From Rhizobium helianthi (GTDB lineage Bacteria > Pseudomonadota > Alphaproteobacteria > Rhizobiales > Rhizobiaceae): DNA of 32,000 nt. The notes under the pieces were generated by a model. It did not search any database, was not told the origin of the DNA, and worked only from the letters and a program-made list of their open reading frames with translations. The stretch is taken from NCBI RefSeq assembly GCF_042680945.1, contig NZ_JBHUEQ010000003.1, positions 88,804 to 120,803 of the forward strand. Direction: 5' to 3'. Both the position numbers and the translations under genes were made by a program. Shown piece by piece: positions 1 to 9,957 of this stretch (position 1 is the stretch's first letter; each line of letters opens with the position of its first letter).

Positions 1-267
1 TATGCAGGCCTGAAGAAGTACTTCATCCTGCGCCTTCCGCAGCGCCCCGGTGCCTTGCGAGATTTCCTGAACCTTCTTGGCCCGCAGGATGACATCGCAC
101 GGTTCGAATACCTGAAGAAATCGGCACGTAACTTCGGCTCCATTCTCATCGGTATCGAGACAACGGACTCTGCCAATTTTGCGGGACTGATTGAACGGTT
201 CGATGCCGCGGGTCTTGGCTTCGAAGACATTACCGACAATGAAATCCTGGCGAACCTAATCATCTAA
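1..267 (+). CDS. ilvA: Threonine dehydratase (threonine ammonia-lyase), C-terminal end, truncated by window start
   Basis: Frame open from base 1: YAGLKKYFILRLPQRPGALRDFLNLLGPQDDIARFEYLKKSARNFGSILIGIE..., matching the ACT-like regulatory domain of threonine dehydratase. Confidence 0.85.
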   Translation, partial: YAGLKKYFILRLPQRPGALRDFLNLLGPQDDIARFEYLKKSARNFGSILIGIETTDSANFAGLIERFDAAGLGFEDITDNEILANLII

Positions 268-289
268 CCAAGCTTGAGCGAGGCGCAGC

Positions 290-613
290 ATGCCATCCAT
301 TTTTTCGAAGATTGCCTCCATGTTTTCCGGTGGGGAAAATGCAGGGGCCAAGCCTGTGGCACAGGCAGAGCCACAGGAACATGCAGGTTGCAGAATATAT
401 GCGGAGCCTCTTCGCGAGGGCTCGCAATTGCGCCTTGCCGGACGAATTGAGAAGGATGTGGAGGGAAAGACACTGGTTCGCACCTTTATCCGTGCCGATA
501 TGTTCACGTCACAGGAAGACGCCCTGGAATGCACCTTCCGTAAGGCAAGACAGATCATCGATCAGAACGGATCGTCGCTTTTCGCGGACGGGGCGGAACA
601 GCGCACGACCTGA
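290..613 (+). CDS. HlyU-family protein
   Basis: 107 aa; ...YAEPLREGSQLRLAGRIEKDVEGKTLVRTFIRADMFTSQEDALECTFRKARQIIDQ resembles HlyU family. Confidence 0.75.
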   Translation: MPSIFSKIASMFSGGENAGAKPVAQAEPQEHAGCRIYAEPLREGSQLRLAGRIEKDVEGKTLVRTFIRADMFTSQEDALECTFRKARQIIDQNGSSLFADGAEQRTT

Positions 614-692
614 ATGGAATTGCCCAAAACGAGGAAAGGGCCGCAACATGCACTGCGGCCCTTTCCTTTTTACGCTTTAGGGGAAGCGTTTC

Positions 693-1307
693 TCAGGCGG
701 CTTGCGCCAGTTCCTTGGTGCGGCTTTCTGCTGCTGCCATTGCCTTTTCGACAGCTTCCGGCCCGAAGGCGAGACCTTCAACATAGACCACTTCAACATC
801 GGTCATGCCGAGGAAGCCGAGAACCGTCTTCAGGTAGGGTACTGCGTGGTTCAGCGACGCTGCCGGGCCATCGGAGTAAACGCCGGCTGCGGCCAGAACG
901 ATGTAAACCTTCTTGCCCTTGACCAGGCCTTCCGGGCCTGCTTCCGTGTAGCGGAAGGTCACGCCAGCACGCGCAACGTTATCGATCCAGCTCTTCAGGC
1001 CGGAATAGATGTTGAAGTTGATCAGGCCCGTGCCAATGACGATCTGGTCGGCCGCGAAAAGCTCGGCCACCAGCTTGTCGGAAACCTCGGCAGCGGCAGC
1101 TTCTTCCGCGTTGCGCTCAGCGGGAGACTTGCGGATAGCGTTGGTGGTGACTGTGTCCAGGTGAGCAATTGGGTTGCTGGCGAGGTCGCGGCGAATGATT
1201 TCCGCGCCGCTCTTTGCAGCCAGCGCTGCAGCCAGATCAGCAGAAACCTTGTTGGAGATGGATTCTTCGCCGCGCGGGCTGGACGTGATGAGAAGAAGCT
1301 TGGACAT
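693..1307 (-). CDS. azoR: FMN-dependent NADH-azoreductase
   Basis: MSKLLLITSSPRGEESISNKVSADLAAAL..., ...GTGLINFNIYSGLKSWIDNVARAGVTFRYTEAGPEGLVKGKKVYIV flavodoxin-like fold. Confidence 0.9.
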   Translation of the reverse strand: MSKLLLITSSPRGEESISNKVSADLAAALAAKSGAEIIRRDLASNPIAHLDTVTTNAIRKSPAERNAEEAAAAEVSDKLVAELFAADQIVIGTGLINFNIYSGLKSWIDNVARAGVTFRYTEAGPEGLVKGKKVYIVLAAAGVYSDGPAASLNHAVPYLKTVLGFLGMTDVEVVYVEGLAFGPEAVEKAMAAAESRTKELAQAA

Positions 1308-1452
1308 CCTGAATTCCTTAAATATTCCGCCTTCATTGAGAAGTTGGATTGCCTGACGAAGTGCCGGAGGTCCGGCCTTTGCGGTGCAACATAGGGATAG
1401 ACAGTCATCAAGAAAATCGAGATAATATCGAAGTTATCCATCGAAACTATGG

Positions 1453-2430
1453 ATGGTTATTATGGACGCCAATCCCACCCTCGATCAGTTGCAGGTTTTT
1501 CTTGCTGTGGCTGAAACCGGCAGTTTCTCAGCGGCGTCTCGCCAGCTCAACCGGGCGCAATCTGTTGTGAGCTATACGATCGCCAATCTGGAGAGCCAGC
1601 TTGAGGTGGTGTTGTTCGAGCGAAATGGCTCGCGGCGTGCCCAGTTGACAGAAGCTGGCAGGGCTATTCTGGCCGATGCCCGTCGACTGGTTTCTGATTT
1701 GCAGGTGATGCGGGCACGGGCGAAATCGCTGAAGCAAGGGCTGGAAGCGGAGGTATCTCTTGCCATCAGCAACATGGTGCCCATCGAGGCCGTCATCGAA
1801 ACGTTGTCGGAGTTCGGAAAGCGGTTCCCATCCGTATCACTCAGTCTCGGCTCCGGTGAACTGGGCATGGTGATGGACATGGTGTCCACCGGTCGCGCCT
1901 CGGTCGGCGTGGGTGGTTCGCTGCCGAAAGCCGACGACCGGCTGGCGGTCGAAAAGCTCGGCCACTCCTTCATGATACCTGTCGCAGCTGCACAGCACCC
2001 ACTGGCGCAGATCGGGCGGCAGATCGAATTGCGTGAGGTGCGGGAGGAGGTTCAGCTTGTCGTGACCGATGCGTCGGGTTTGACGCAGGGCAAGGATTTC
2101 AATGTTCTTTCCTACAAAGTATGGCGCGTCGGAGACATTGCGACAAAGCATCAACTGATCAGGGGCGGGCTTGGCTGGGGCGGTCTACCCGCGGCCCTTA
2201 TCCGTGAAGATCTCGCCAGCGGCCGTCTCGTGGCCCTGGATATCGATGCTTACGAAACCGGCGAATATCCGCTTTATGCAATCCATAAGATCGCAAGCCC
2301 TCCCGGCCCTGCTACGGCCTGGCTGATCCAGGCGCTGGCCACCCGGTTGAGGCAGTGCCCCGACAAACGGGAAATGACTTCCCTTTTGCATCAATCGCGT
2401 GCGCCGCAGGCAAAAGCCGCGGCGGAATAG
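1453..2430 (+). CDS. LysR-family transcriptional regulator
   Basis: N-terminal HTH LDQLQVFLAVAETGSFSAASRQLNRAQSVVSYTIANLESQLEVVLFER; divergent from azoR. Confidence 0.9.
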   Translation: MVIMDANPTLDQLQVFLAVAETGSFSAASRQLNRAQSVVSYTIANLESQLEVVLFERNGSRRAQLTEAGRAILADARRLVSDLQVMRARAKSLKQGLEAEVSLAISNMVPIEAVIETLSEFGKRFPSVSLSLGSGELGMVMDMVSTGRASVGVGGSLPKADDRLAVEKLGHSFMIPVAAAQHPLAQIGRQIELREVREEVQLVVTDASGLTQGKDFNVLSYKVWRVGDIATKHQLIRGGLGWGGLPAALIREDLASGRLVALDIDAYETGEYPLYAIHKIASPPGPATAWLIQALATRLRQCPDKREMTSLLHQSRAPQAKAAAE

Positions 2431-2741
2431 ACCTGTCTCTGGAACAATATTTCTAATGTGTGATTTGAGGTAACGGCTTTTGGCAACTCGGATTAACGGA
2501 CATTGTTCTTGGAATGCCCAGTGATCCGGCCACGGCCAAAAGTGCCGTGCCACGGGTGTCGTTCGTTGGCATTTCCTATTTTTTCAAGCGTCGGTACTTT
2601 GGAAGACGAAACAAGTCGCTCCTGTAATTGTCTTCTGATAGCTCTGGTTTTTCGTCCGGTTGACGTCCCTTTGCCCCTAGGGGAAGCGGTAAAAGTGCCA
2701 CGCAAGGCTGATCCGATATCGAAGGCTCGACGTAATTATGG

Positions 2742-3140
2742 ATGACGTCCAAAGCCGAGGAGGCTTTATTCAAAGTGCCGCGCTTCGAAATTATCGTCGT
2801 TGGACCTCCCGACTTCATCTCAGAGCAGGTGCGCACTGCCTGGCTTGCTCTCGGGGCCGTGCTTGTCGGTCCGATTGCATGCCATGATCTTCATGATGAA
2901 ATGGCGAGACGCGCAGGCGGTGTGCTGATGGATGTCAGCCTGGATGCGGCCGAGCTTTTCGATATTTCGGAACGCCTGATGATGTTCGATGTGCCTTTTT
3001 TGTTTGTCATGAATTCACGGCTTCCGACAGGCGCAAGCCAGCCGTATTTGCTGACGGAAAAAGAAAACGACATCAGGGCGATCATCTCGGCTCTTATTGT
3101 CGAGAGTGCTGGTGAGGAGCGGGATCGCGCGCTCCATTAG
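2742..3140 (+). CDS. Response-regulator receiver-like protein (degenerate)
   Basis: Receiver-like pattern FEIIVVGPPDFISEQVRTAWLALGAVLVGP...GVLMDVSLDAAELFDISERL...VPFLFVMN. Confidence 0.55.
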   Translation: MTSKAEEALFKVPRFEIIVVGPPDFISEQVRTAWLALGAVLVGPIACHDLHDEMARRAGGVLMDVSLDAAELFDISERLMMFDVPFLFVMNSRLPTGASQPYLLTEKENDIRAIISALIVESAGEERDRALH

Positions 3141-3411
3141 GTTTTGGGTCCAGCCTTGCACGAGCCGCTTCGTGCATCAACCTGAAGAGCCAATATCGCA
3201 AGCCCGGCGATGCAGGCAGGTTTTCAAAATTTTCCCCGGTGGAAATGAACTTTCTTGCCGCTTCCAGCGTTTCTGCGCTGAGACGTGTGGCATCGGAAGG
3301 AGACTGAAAATAGCGAGATGCCATTCGTTGCACGACTGGGAGGGAACTTTCCAGAAGGTCCAAGAGTTCTTGAGATCGTCGAGGGTCTTGATCGGCGGTG
3401 CCGCGTGTCAT
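3094..3411 (-). CDS. Hypothetical protein
   Basis: MTRGTADQDPRRSQELLDLLESSLPVVQRMASRYFQ...; tail overlaps the convergent upstream gene. Confidence 0.45.
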   Translation of the reverse strand: MTRGTADQDPRRSQELLDLLESSLPVVQRMASRYFQSPSDATRLSAETLEAARKFISTGENFENLPASPGLRYWLFRLMHEAARARLDPKPNGARDPAPHQHSRQ

Positions 3412-3540
3412 CGTCCACTCCTTGTTCATTCCGTTAATGGAACCGGAAATCGGAGGTTCCGGTACGGTAGCGTACGGAGGCGGTAGGATGCGGTTTCCGA
3501 GGGGGGCCGGCCTTTTCCGCCGCCAAGTGGAGGTGAAACG

Positions 3541-4287
3541 ATGCTACAGTTGAACCCGCAATCGTCGCGGAACTACCTGCTATCGGCCCTGCCAGCGGCA
3601 GAATTGAACATGCTTTCCGACGCGCTGGAACTGGTCGAGCTTCCGCATGGGGCTATGGTGTGCAAACTCAACTCCCTAAGCGATCTCGTCTACTTCCCCA
3701 CCTCCGGCATCGGGTCGGTTGTCGCGGTCTCTCCCAAGGGCAAACGCGCAGAGGCTGGATTGATCGGTCGCGAGGGTTTCTTTCCTCCCTGGATTGCGGG
3801 GGGCATTGCACGCAACATCAATGAAATCACGATCCAGATCGAAAGCAGCTGCTGGGTGATGCCGGTTCCCCGTTTCCACCGTGCGATGACAGAATCGACG
3901 GTGTTTCAACACCTCATTCAAACCGCAACCATGGCTTACGCCACGCAAGTCACCTCCACTGCCTTGTCAAATGCGATTCATTCTGTCGAGGAGCGGCTCA
4001 CCCGCTGGCTCCTTATGTGCCACGACCGCGTGGATACCAACGAGATCGCACTGACGCACGAGTTCATTGCCATCATGCTGGCGGTGCGCAGACCAAGCGT
4101 GACAACTGCGCTGCACATGCTGGAGGGGCGGGGCTTCATCAGGTCGGAACGTGGCTTGATTACCATTCGCAATCGGCCCGCAATGGAAAGCTTTGCAGCC
4201 GATGCCTACGGCGAGGCTGAACGCCATTCCTATATCTTTGAAGGCATGGGTGCGCGCACCGAGACCCTCGAGCTCGTGAAGCACTGA
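3541..4287 (+). CDS. Crp/Fnr-family transcriptional regulator
   Basis: cNMP-like domain plus C-terminal HTH ...EERLTRWLLMCHDRVDTNEIALTHEFIAIMLAVRRPSVTTALHMLEGRGFIRSERGLITI. Confidence 0.85.
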   Translation: MLQLNPQSSRNYLLSALPAAELNMLSDALELVELPHGAMVCKLNSLSDLVYFPTSGIGSVVAVSPKGKRAEAGLIGREGFFPPWIAGGIARNINEITIQIESSCWVMPVPRFHRAMTESTVFQHLIQTATMAYATQVTSTALSNAIHSVEERLTRWLLMCHDRVDTNEIALTHEFIAIMLAVRRPSVTTALHMLEGRGFIRSERGLITIRNRPAMESFAADAYGEAERHSYIFEGMGARTETLELVKH

Positions 4288-4292
4288 TCCTC

Positions 4293-5045
4293 TCAGGTCA
4301 GCAAAGAAGGGACTTTCACCTCTGGCTCGGCCAGAAAATCGCCGATCAACCGGTTGTACTCTTGTTCCGGCTTGCCATAGGCATCTCCGGCGAACGTTTC
4401 CAGTGCGGCTCGATCCCGGATCGAGATGCGACCGCGCTCGGCCCGGATGAGTTTCTGCCCCTCCAGAATGTGCAGCGCGGTGGTGACGCTCGGTCGCCGA
4501 ACCGCCAGCATCAGCGATATGAATTCGTGCGTCAGTGCGATTTCGTGCCCATCCATTCTGTCGTGGCACATGAGAAGCCAGCGCGCCAGTCTTTGGTCGA
4601 CCGTGTGAACGGCGTTCGAGAGCGCAGTGAAGGAAATCTGTGATCCAAAGACATGAATGAACCTGGCCAGCAGGTTAGAGAAGACGGGACATTGCGGTAG
4701 TAGCTTCGTGAGGGTGCCAGCAGAAATGCGTATTCCTTCGCCCTCCATCTGCATAAGGACCTCATGGATGCTGATTGTGCCGCCGACACCTGCGGATGTG
4801 GGGGCAAAGCCCTCGCGGCCAAACATGCCTGCTTCCGCCTTGTGCCCTTCCGGTGAAATGGTGACGACAGAGCCGATGCCGGAAGAGGGAAAGTAAACAT
4901 AATCGATAGGGGCATCGGAGCGCACGATGACAAAGCCGCGCGGGAGGGCCACTTTCTCGAACTGAGCCGCGAGCAGTTCAAATTCAGACGCCGGTAAGAG
5001 TTCTATGAGTCTGTTCGGGATTTGTGACTGACGAATGACGGACAT
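4293..5045 (-). CDS. Crp/Fnr-family transcriptional regulator (paralog of the 3541 gene)
   Basis: ...DQRLARWLLMCHDRMDGHEIALTHEFISLMLAVRRPSVTTALHILEGQKLIRAERGRISI. Confidence 0.85.
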   Translation of the reverse strand: MSVIRQSQIPNRLIELLPASEFELLAAQFEKVALPRGFVIVRSDAPIDYVYFPSSGIGSVVTISPEGHKAEAGMFGREGFAPTSAGVGGTISIHEVLMQMEGEGIRISAGTLTKLLPQCPVFSNLLARFIHVFGSQISFTALSNAVHTVDQRLARWLLMCHDRMDGHEIALTHEFISLMLAVRRPSVTTALHILEGQKLIRAERGRISIRDRAALETFAGDAYGKPEQEYNRLIGDFLAEPEVKVPSLLT

Positions 5046-5179
5046 GGCTCTCGCTGGCTGGCCGCGAGCAAATGCTCTGACCGGATGCGCTCTTTGATTT
5101 CAGATAGTTATTCCCTATAGCACCCCCTGATTGCCGTGGTTTTTGGGTACGGTGGCAGACGAAAAAAATGCCATAAAAA

Positions 5180-5201
5180 AGCCGTCGGCATGCCGACGGC
5201 T
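5180..5201 (-). terminator. Rho-independent terminator downstream of the cpdB-like gene
   Basis: Perfect palindrome AGCCGTCGGCATGCCGACGGCT preceded on + strand by AAAAAA, giving a T-run on the - strand. Confidence 0.75.
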
Positions 5202-5294
5202 CCGGGTAAAATTGTGTTGTGTCAAGAATGCCGTGTCACAACGACATATTTCCACAAGGGCCGAAAGGTTAGGCCGGTTTAATGATCGCTCGTG

Positions 5295-7283
5295 TCAAAG
5301 AACCAGGCGGAATTTGGCAAAGCCTTCCGCGCCCTCACCAGCATCTTCAATTTTGGCTCCTTTGACAGCGGCAGTATATTGCCGTCCTTTCGGTCCGCTG
5401 TCGAAGATTGCCGTAGTGTCTGCCAGCGGCTTGAATGACCAGTTTGCATCGGCGGATGGATTGATCGTGCCCTGTTCGATGATATAGCGCACGATGACAT
5501 CCCTGTTGGTATCCGGCGCAACCAGGATAACTTTATCAGCTGCGATTTCCGGGAATTTGCCACCGCCGCCGGCGCGGTAATTGTTGGTGGCGACGACGAA
5601 CTTCTGGGCCGGATCGATCGGCTTGCCCTCGAATTTCAGGTCGACGATACGGTGTGAATCGGGGTTTGCGAGCTTGCCGTCGTTGTCGAAGCGTGCGGGC
5701 TTTGACAGGTCGATCTGGTAGGTCACGCCGTCGATTACATCGTAATTGTACGATGGAAACTTATTGTTGAGGAGCGGAGCATCCTTGGCGCCCAGCGGGA
5801 TCTGGTTGAACATGCCCGCAGACATTTCCAGCCAGTTCTTCACCTGTTCGCCGGTAACAAGAACAGCCTGAACCGTGTTTGGATAGAGGTAGAGGTCAGC
5901 GACGTTCTTGATCGCAATGTCACCGGCAGGGACATCGGTGAAGTAATCAGGTCCGTTGCGCCCGCCTGCCTTGAAGGGGGCGGCGGCGGAAAGCACCGGA
6001 TAGTCCTTGTACTCACCATCCTTCAGAAGGTTCTTCACATACCAGATCTGGGCATTTGCCACGATCTGCACGGAGGGATCGTCCGCCACCAGAGCGAAAT
6101 AGGAGTAAAGCGGTGCAGAGGTCTTGCCTACGGGGCGGCGCACATAGGCAAGCGTTGCCTCATGCTCCGGCTTGACTGCGGCGACGATCTCCGGTCGGTC
6201 CTTGGCATCGGCAACGATCTTCTTGTTCTCGTCACGATGATAGATCGGGCGTGCTTCCGTTGTGAAATCGACGACCTTCCAGGTCTTGCCATCCTTTTCC
6301 AGCAGCAGATCGATCAGGCCCATATGGGAGCCCCAGAAGCCTGCCATGACAGCGGGCTTGCCCTGCAGCGTGCCTTTCTTGGCGTCTGCGCCGGCAACGC
6401 CTTCGAAATCTTTGGGGCCGGGGAATACAAGATGCTGGTGGCCTGTGAAAATGGCATCGATACCATCCACGCCCGCGAGGTAGAGCGAAGCATTCTCCAT
6501 GCGCTCGGTCTGGCCTGTCGCATCGATGCCGGAATGGGAGAGGGCGATCACGATATCCGCCCCCTCTTCCTTCATCGCGGGAACCCAGGCCTTCGCAGCC
6601 TGTACGATATCACGTGTCTGGGCTTTGCCTTCCAGGTTCTTGGCATCCCACACCATGATCTGCGGAGGCACAAAGCCGATAAAGCCGACCTTGATCGGAG
6701 ATACGGTGCCGGCTCCATCCTTGATCTGCTTCTCAAGAATGACATAGGGCTTGAAGAACAGCTCGTCCTTCTTCGGGACCGATGCCAGCTGTCCCTTGGT
6801 CAAGTTGGCGCAGACAATGGGAAATTTTGCGCCGTTCAGCGTATTGAACATGAACTCAAGACCATAGTTGAATTCATGGTTGCCAAGCGTGCCGCAGTCA
6901 TAGCCCAGTGCGTTCATGGCCTTCATGACCGGGTGAAGATCGCCGGCTTTCATGCCCTTTTCATAGGCCATGTAATCGCCCATCGGATTTCCCTGCAGCA
7001 GATCGCCATTATCGACCAGCATGGAATTGCCCGCTTCAGCGCGAACCTGTTCGATAAAGCTCGCCGTGCGTGCCAGTCCCATCGTGTCGTTGGGCTTATC
7101 GGCGTAGTAGTCGTAGGGCATGATATTCACATGAATATCAGTGGTCTCCATGATGCGCAGATGTGCCTGATTGGCGGCAGCGCGGGCCGCGAAGGGGTGG
7201 AGCATGACGAGCGCTGAACCGGCGGCAATGCCGCTCAGAAGCGAGCGTCGGGTCATGGCGGGTGTGTTGATCAGGAAAGACAT
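5295..7283 (-). CDS. cpdB: 2',3'-cyclic-nucleotide 2'-phosphodiesterase/3'-nucleotidase, exported (5'-nucleotidase family)
   Basis: Signal-like TRRSLLSGIAAGSALVMLHPFAARA; metallophosphoesterase motifs LRIMETTDIHVNIMPYDYY..., DNGDLLQGNP, GNHEFNYG, HSGID, TGHQH. Confidence 0.9.
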   Translation of the reverse strand: MSFLINTPAMTRRSLLSGIAAGSALVMLHPFAARAAANQAHLRIMETTDIHVNIMPYDYYADKPNDTMGLARTASFIEQVRAEAGNSMLVDNGDLLQGNPMGDYMAYEKGMKAGDLHPVMKAMNALGYDCGTLGNHEFNYGLEFMFNTLNGAKFPIVCANLTKGQLASVPKKDELFFKPYVILEKQIKDGAGTVSPIKVGFIGFVPPQIMVWDAKNLEGKAQTRDIVQAAKAWVPAMKEEGADIVIALSHSGIDATGQTERMENASLYLAGVDGIDAIFTGHQHLVFPGPKDFEGVAGADAKKGTLQGKPAVMAGFWGSHMGLIDLLLEKDGKTWKVVDFTTEARPIYHRDENKKIVADAKDRPEIVAAVKPEHEATLAYVRRPVGKTSAPLYSYFALVADDPSVQIVANAQIWYVKNLLKDGEYKDYPVLSAAAPFKAGGRNGPDYFTDVPAGDIAIKNVADLYLYPNTVQAVLVTGEQVKNWLEMSAGMFNQIPLGAKDAPLLNNKFPSYNYDVIDGVTYQIDLSKPARFDNDGKLANPDSHRIVDLKFEGKPIDPAQKFVVATNNYRAGGGGKFPEIAADKVILVAPDTNRDVIVRYIIEQGTINPSADANWSFKPLADTTAIFDSGPKGRQYTAAVKGAKIEDAGEGAEGFAKFRLVL

Positions 7284-7433
7284 GGAGAACTCCCTCAGTC
7301 GTTTGCGGCGCAAGTTTAGGGTCCTTGCCACGCCAACGCATCAGGAAAATGACAGTTATTGCTCTCTAATTCAGAGGTCTCTTCTGGCGGGAAACATCAC
7401 GCCCGATGAGGGGCATTCTGGTGTGATCTGCCA

Positions 7434-7793
7434 TTATCTTCGCCCAGCTACCATCCTTGCCGGTGCCGCAACAACAGGCATCTGAGGCTTGTAATAATGC
7501 TTGAAAAACGAGGCGACCTGGGCCTGCGTATTGGAGCTCTCAGCGAGCTTGATGCCCATCTTGCCCGCCCGATACCAGCGTATCGTTCCTTCGATAAGCC
7601 CCAGTTCATTACAGCGCAGTTGTATGGTGGCGCCGGGTTTCGCTGAAAGCCAGCCCCTCAAGTTCAGGCAGAGACCGGTTTTCGAAATATCCGAAACCGA
7701 GGCATCAACAATTTCATCCATGAAATAAACAATACTGCGGAAGTTACAACGCATGCGCTCAGCGCGCCGTCCATCGCCTTGTCCATGTGCCAT
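7434..7793 (-). CDS. PilZ-domain protein
   Basis: RRAERMRCNFRSIVYFMDEIVDASVSDISKTGLCLNL...GATIQLRCNELGLIEGTIRWYRAGKMGIKL. Confidence 0.8.
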   Translation of the reverse strand: MAHGQGDGRRAERMRCNFRSIVYFMDEIVDASVSDISKTGLCLNLRGWLSAKPGATIQLRCNELGLIEGTIRWYRAGKMGIKLAESSNTQAQVASFFKHYYKPQMPVVAAPARMVAGRR

Positions 7794-8105
7794 ATATGAA
7801 AAATTCCTGTTTTAAATCAGTCTCTTCCGCCTAAGCCTGTGGAATGCGAATGAAACCTGGGTAAATTAAAAGCGTAAAATTCGATCTATGTCTTTAGATA
7901 TGCTGTGTTTTCTACTGGATTGTTCTGTGGTTGTGGTGGTTTTTTGCTTTAGGTTGAAGCATTCAATGCTATTGTTTATTATGATTTGCGCATGATATGG
8001 CAAATATTCTCGAATCAATAATATTAATGTATTCGAATATATTGCGCTGCTGCGCCGAGCCTCCTCAGCGCAGGGTTGCAATTTCATCGGATGGGAGCAG
8101 CTGCT

Positions 8106-8567
8106 TTACAGGCCGATATTGGGCCGATCAATGACTTCGCGCAGCGCAAAGCTCGAGTTTATCTTCACGACATGGGGGAGGGCAGAGAGCCAGTCGCGGT
8201 GGATGCGCTCATAGTCGGCCAGATCCTTTGCCGCCACTCTCAGGATGTAATCATATTCTCCTGACATCAGGTAGCAGACGAGAATATTCGGACAGAGTTT
8301 CACCGCTGCTTCGAACTCGGCCAGAGCCTTGGCGCTTTGGCCGGAAAGAGAGATGTGAACCACAGCCATCAGCGTGTAATTCAGCGCCTTGTGCGAAAGG
8401 CGTGCGTGATAGCCGCTGATAATTCCCGTCTTCTCCAGAATGTCCAGTCGGCGTGAACAGGCCGAAGCAGAAAGGCCAACTTTCTGGGCCAGCTCCGCAT
8501 TGGACATCCGTCCATCCGCCTGCAATGCCTTCATGATCGCAAGATCTATAGTATCGAGATCGGGCAT
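8106..8567 (-). CDS. Lrp/AsnC-family transcriptional regulator
   Basis: MPDLDTIDLAIMKALQADGRMSNAELAQKVGLSASACSRRLDILEKTGIISGYHARL; adjacent and divergent to ald. Confidence 0.92.
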   Translation of the reverse strand: MPDLDTIDLAIMKALQADGRMSNAELAQKVGLSASACSRRLDILEKTGIISGYHARLSHKALNYTLMAVVHISLSGQSAKALAEFEAAVKLCPNILVCYLMSGEYDYILRVAAKDLADYERIHRDWLSALPHVVKINSSFALREVIDRPNIGL

Positions 8568-8724
8568 TCGAATAATCCACGAAAAAAGGGCTGACATACG
8601 CAAATACTGACGAAAACAGATACTCTTACCCGCCATCTTCGCAAGGACATTGTCTGGTTTTTTTGATGCACTTGTTTGGGTAGCCGGGAGGAAGAGGCTG
8701 CTGTTAAACGGGAGAGGATTGTCT

Positions 8725-9843
8725 ATGCGTGTGGGATGCCCCAAAGAGATCAAGAACCATGAATATCGAGTTGGCCTGACCCCTGGCGCGGTGCGCGAAT
8801 ATGTGGCGCATGGGCATGAAGTGATCATCGAAACGCAGGCTGGCGCCGGTATCGGGGCCGATGATTCCTCCTATATCGCGGCGGGCGCAAAAATTGTCGG
8901 TTCCGCCAAGGAGATATTCGAGCGTTCCGACATGGTGGTGAAGGTGAAGGAACCTCAGCCAGCCGAGTGGGCGCAGCTTCGCGACGGACAGATTCTCTAC
9001 ACCTACCTGCATCTTGCGCCGGATCCCGAGCAGACGAAGGGGCTTCTCGCTTCCGGTGTGACAGCCGTTGCTTACGAAACGGTGACCGATGAGCGCGGAG
9101 GCCTACCCCTGTTGGCGCCCATGTCCGAGGTTGCGGGCAGGCTGGCTATTCAAGCCGGTGCCACCGCACTGCAAAAGGCAAATGGCGGCCGAGGCATCCT
9201 TCTCGGCGGCGTTCCGGGCGTGCTTCCTGCCAAGGTGACTGTCATCGGCGGCGGCGTTGTCGGGCTTCAATCAGCGCGAATGGCGGTCGGTCTCGGTGCC
9301 GATGTTACCATTCTCGATCGTTCGCTGCCGCGCCTTCGCCAGCTGGACGAGATGTTCCATGGCCGTATTCACACCCGCTATTCCACCATCGACGCATTGG
9401 AGGAGGAGGTCTATTTTGCGGATCTCGTTATCGGTGCAGTTCTGATCCCCGGTGCAGCTGCCCCCAAACTCGTCACGCGGGAGATGTTGACGGGCATGAG
9501 GAAGGGCGCGGTGATCGTGGATGTTGCAATCGACCAGGGCGGTTGCTTCGAGACATCTCACGCGACCACGCATTCTGACCCCACTTATGAAGTGGACGGC
9601 GTCATTCACTACTGCGTGGCGAACATGCCCGGTGCTGTTCCTGTTACCTCTGCTCATGCTCTCAACAATGCAACGCTGGTGCACGGCCTGGCTCTAGCGG
9701 ATCGCGGCTTGCGCGCCATCGCCGAAGATCGCCATCTTCGCAACGGGCTCAACATTCATCGCGGCAAGGTGACAAACAAGCCCGTGGCCGAAGCGCTGGG
9801 TTATGACGTGACGGCGCCGGAGAGCGTGCTGAACGTCGCCTGA
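8725..9843 (+). CDS. ald: Alanine dehydrogenase
   Basis: [44 protein letters not shown]...[28 protein letters not shown]. Confidence 0.96.
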   Translation: MRVGCPKEIKNHEYRVGLTPGAVREYVAHGHEVIIETQAGAGIGADDSSYIAAGAKIVGSAKEIFERSDMVVKVKEPQPAEWAQLRDGQILYTYLHLAPDPEQTKGLLASGVTAVAYETVTDERGGLPLLAPMSEVAGRLAIQAGATALQKANGGRGILLGGVPGVLPAKVTVIGGGVVGLQSARMAVGLGADVTILDRSLPRLRQLDEMFHGRIHTRYSTIDALEEEVYFADLVIGAVLIPGAAAPKLVTREMLTGMRKGAVIVDVAIDQGGCFETSHATTHSDPTYEVDGVIHYCVANMPGAVPVTSAHALNNATLVHGLALADRGLRAIAEDRHLRNGLNIHRGKVTNKPVAEALGYDVTAPESVLNVA

Positions 9844-9909
9844 TATCGAGAGCGAACCGCCAATTGAGGGGCGGTCCAAGCAATCGCTTATGCCGACTTG
9901 CAGCCTTGG

Positions 9910-9946
9910 AAAAACCGCTGCGGCCATTGCGGCCTCAGCGGTTTTT
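9910..9946. terminator. Bidirectional terminator between ald and the convergent sulfurtransferase gene
   Basis: AAAAACCGCTG...CAGCGGTTTTT hairpin with A-run and T-run flanks between convergent genes. Confidence 0.8.
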
Positions 9947-9957
9947 ATTTTCCATTC

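Noticed and set aside
6162-7217. 351-aa plus-strand ORF opposite cpdB
   Set aside because: Antisense shadow of a convincing phosphoesterase gene, no domain signal.
7866-8087. 73-aa minus-strand ORF in the AT-rich gap
   Set aside because: No RBS or domain; composition reflects AT-rich DNA.
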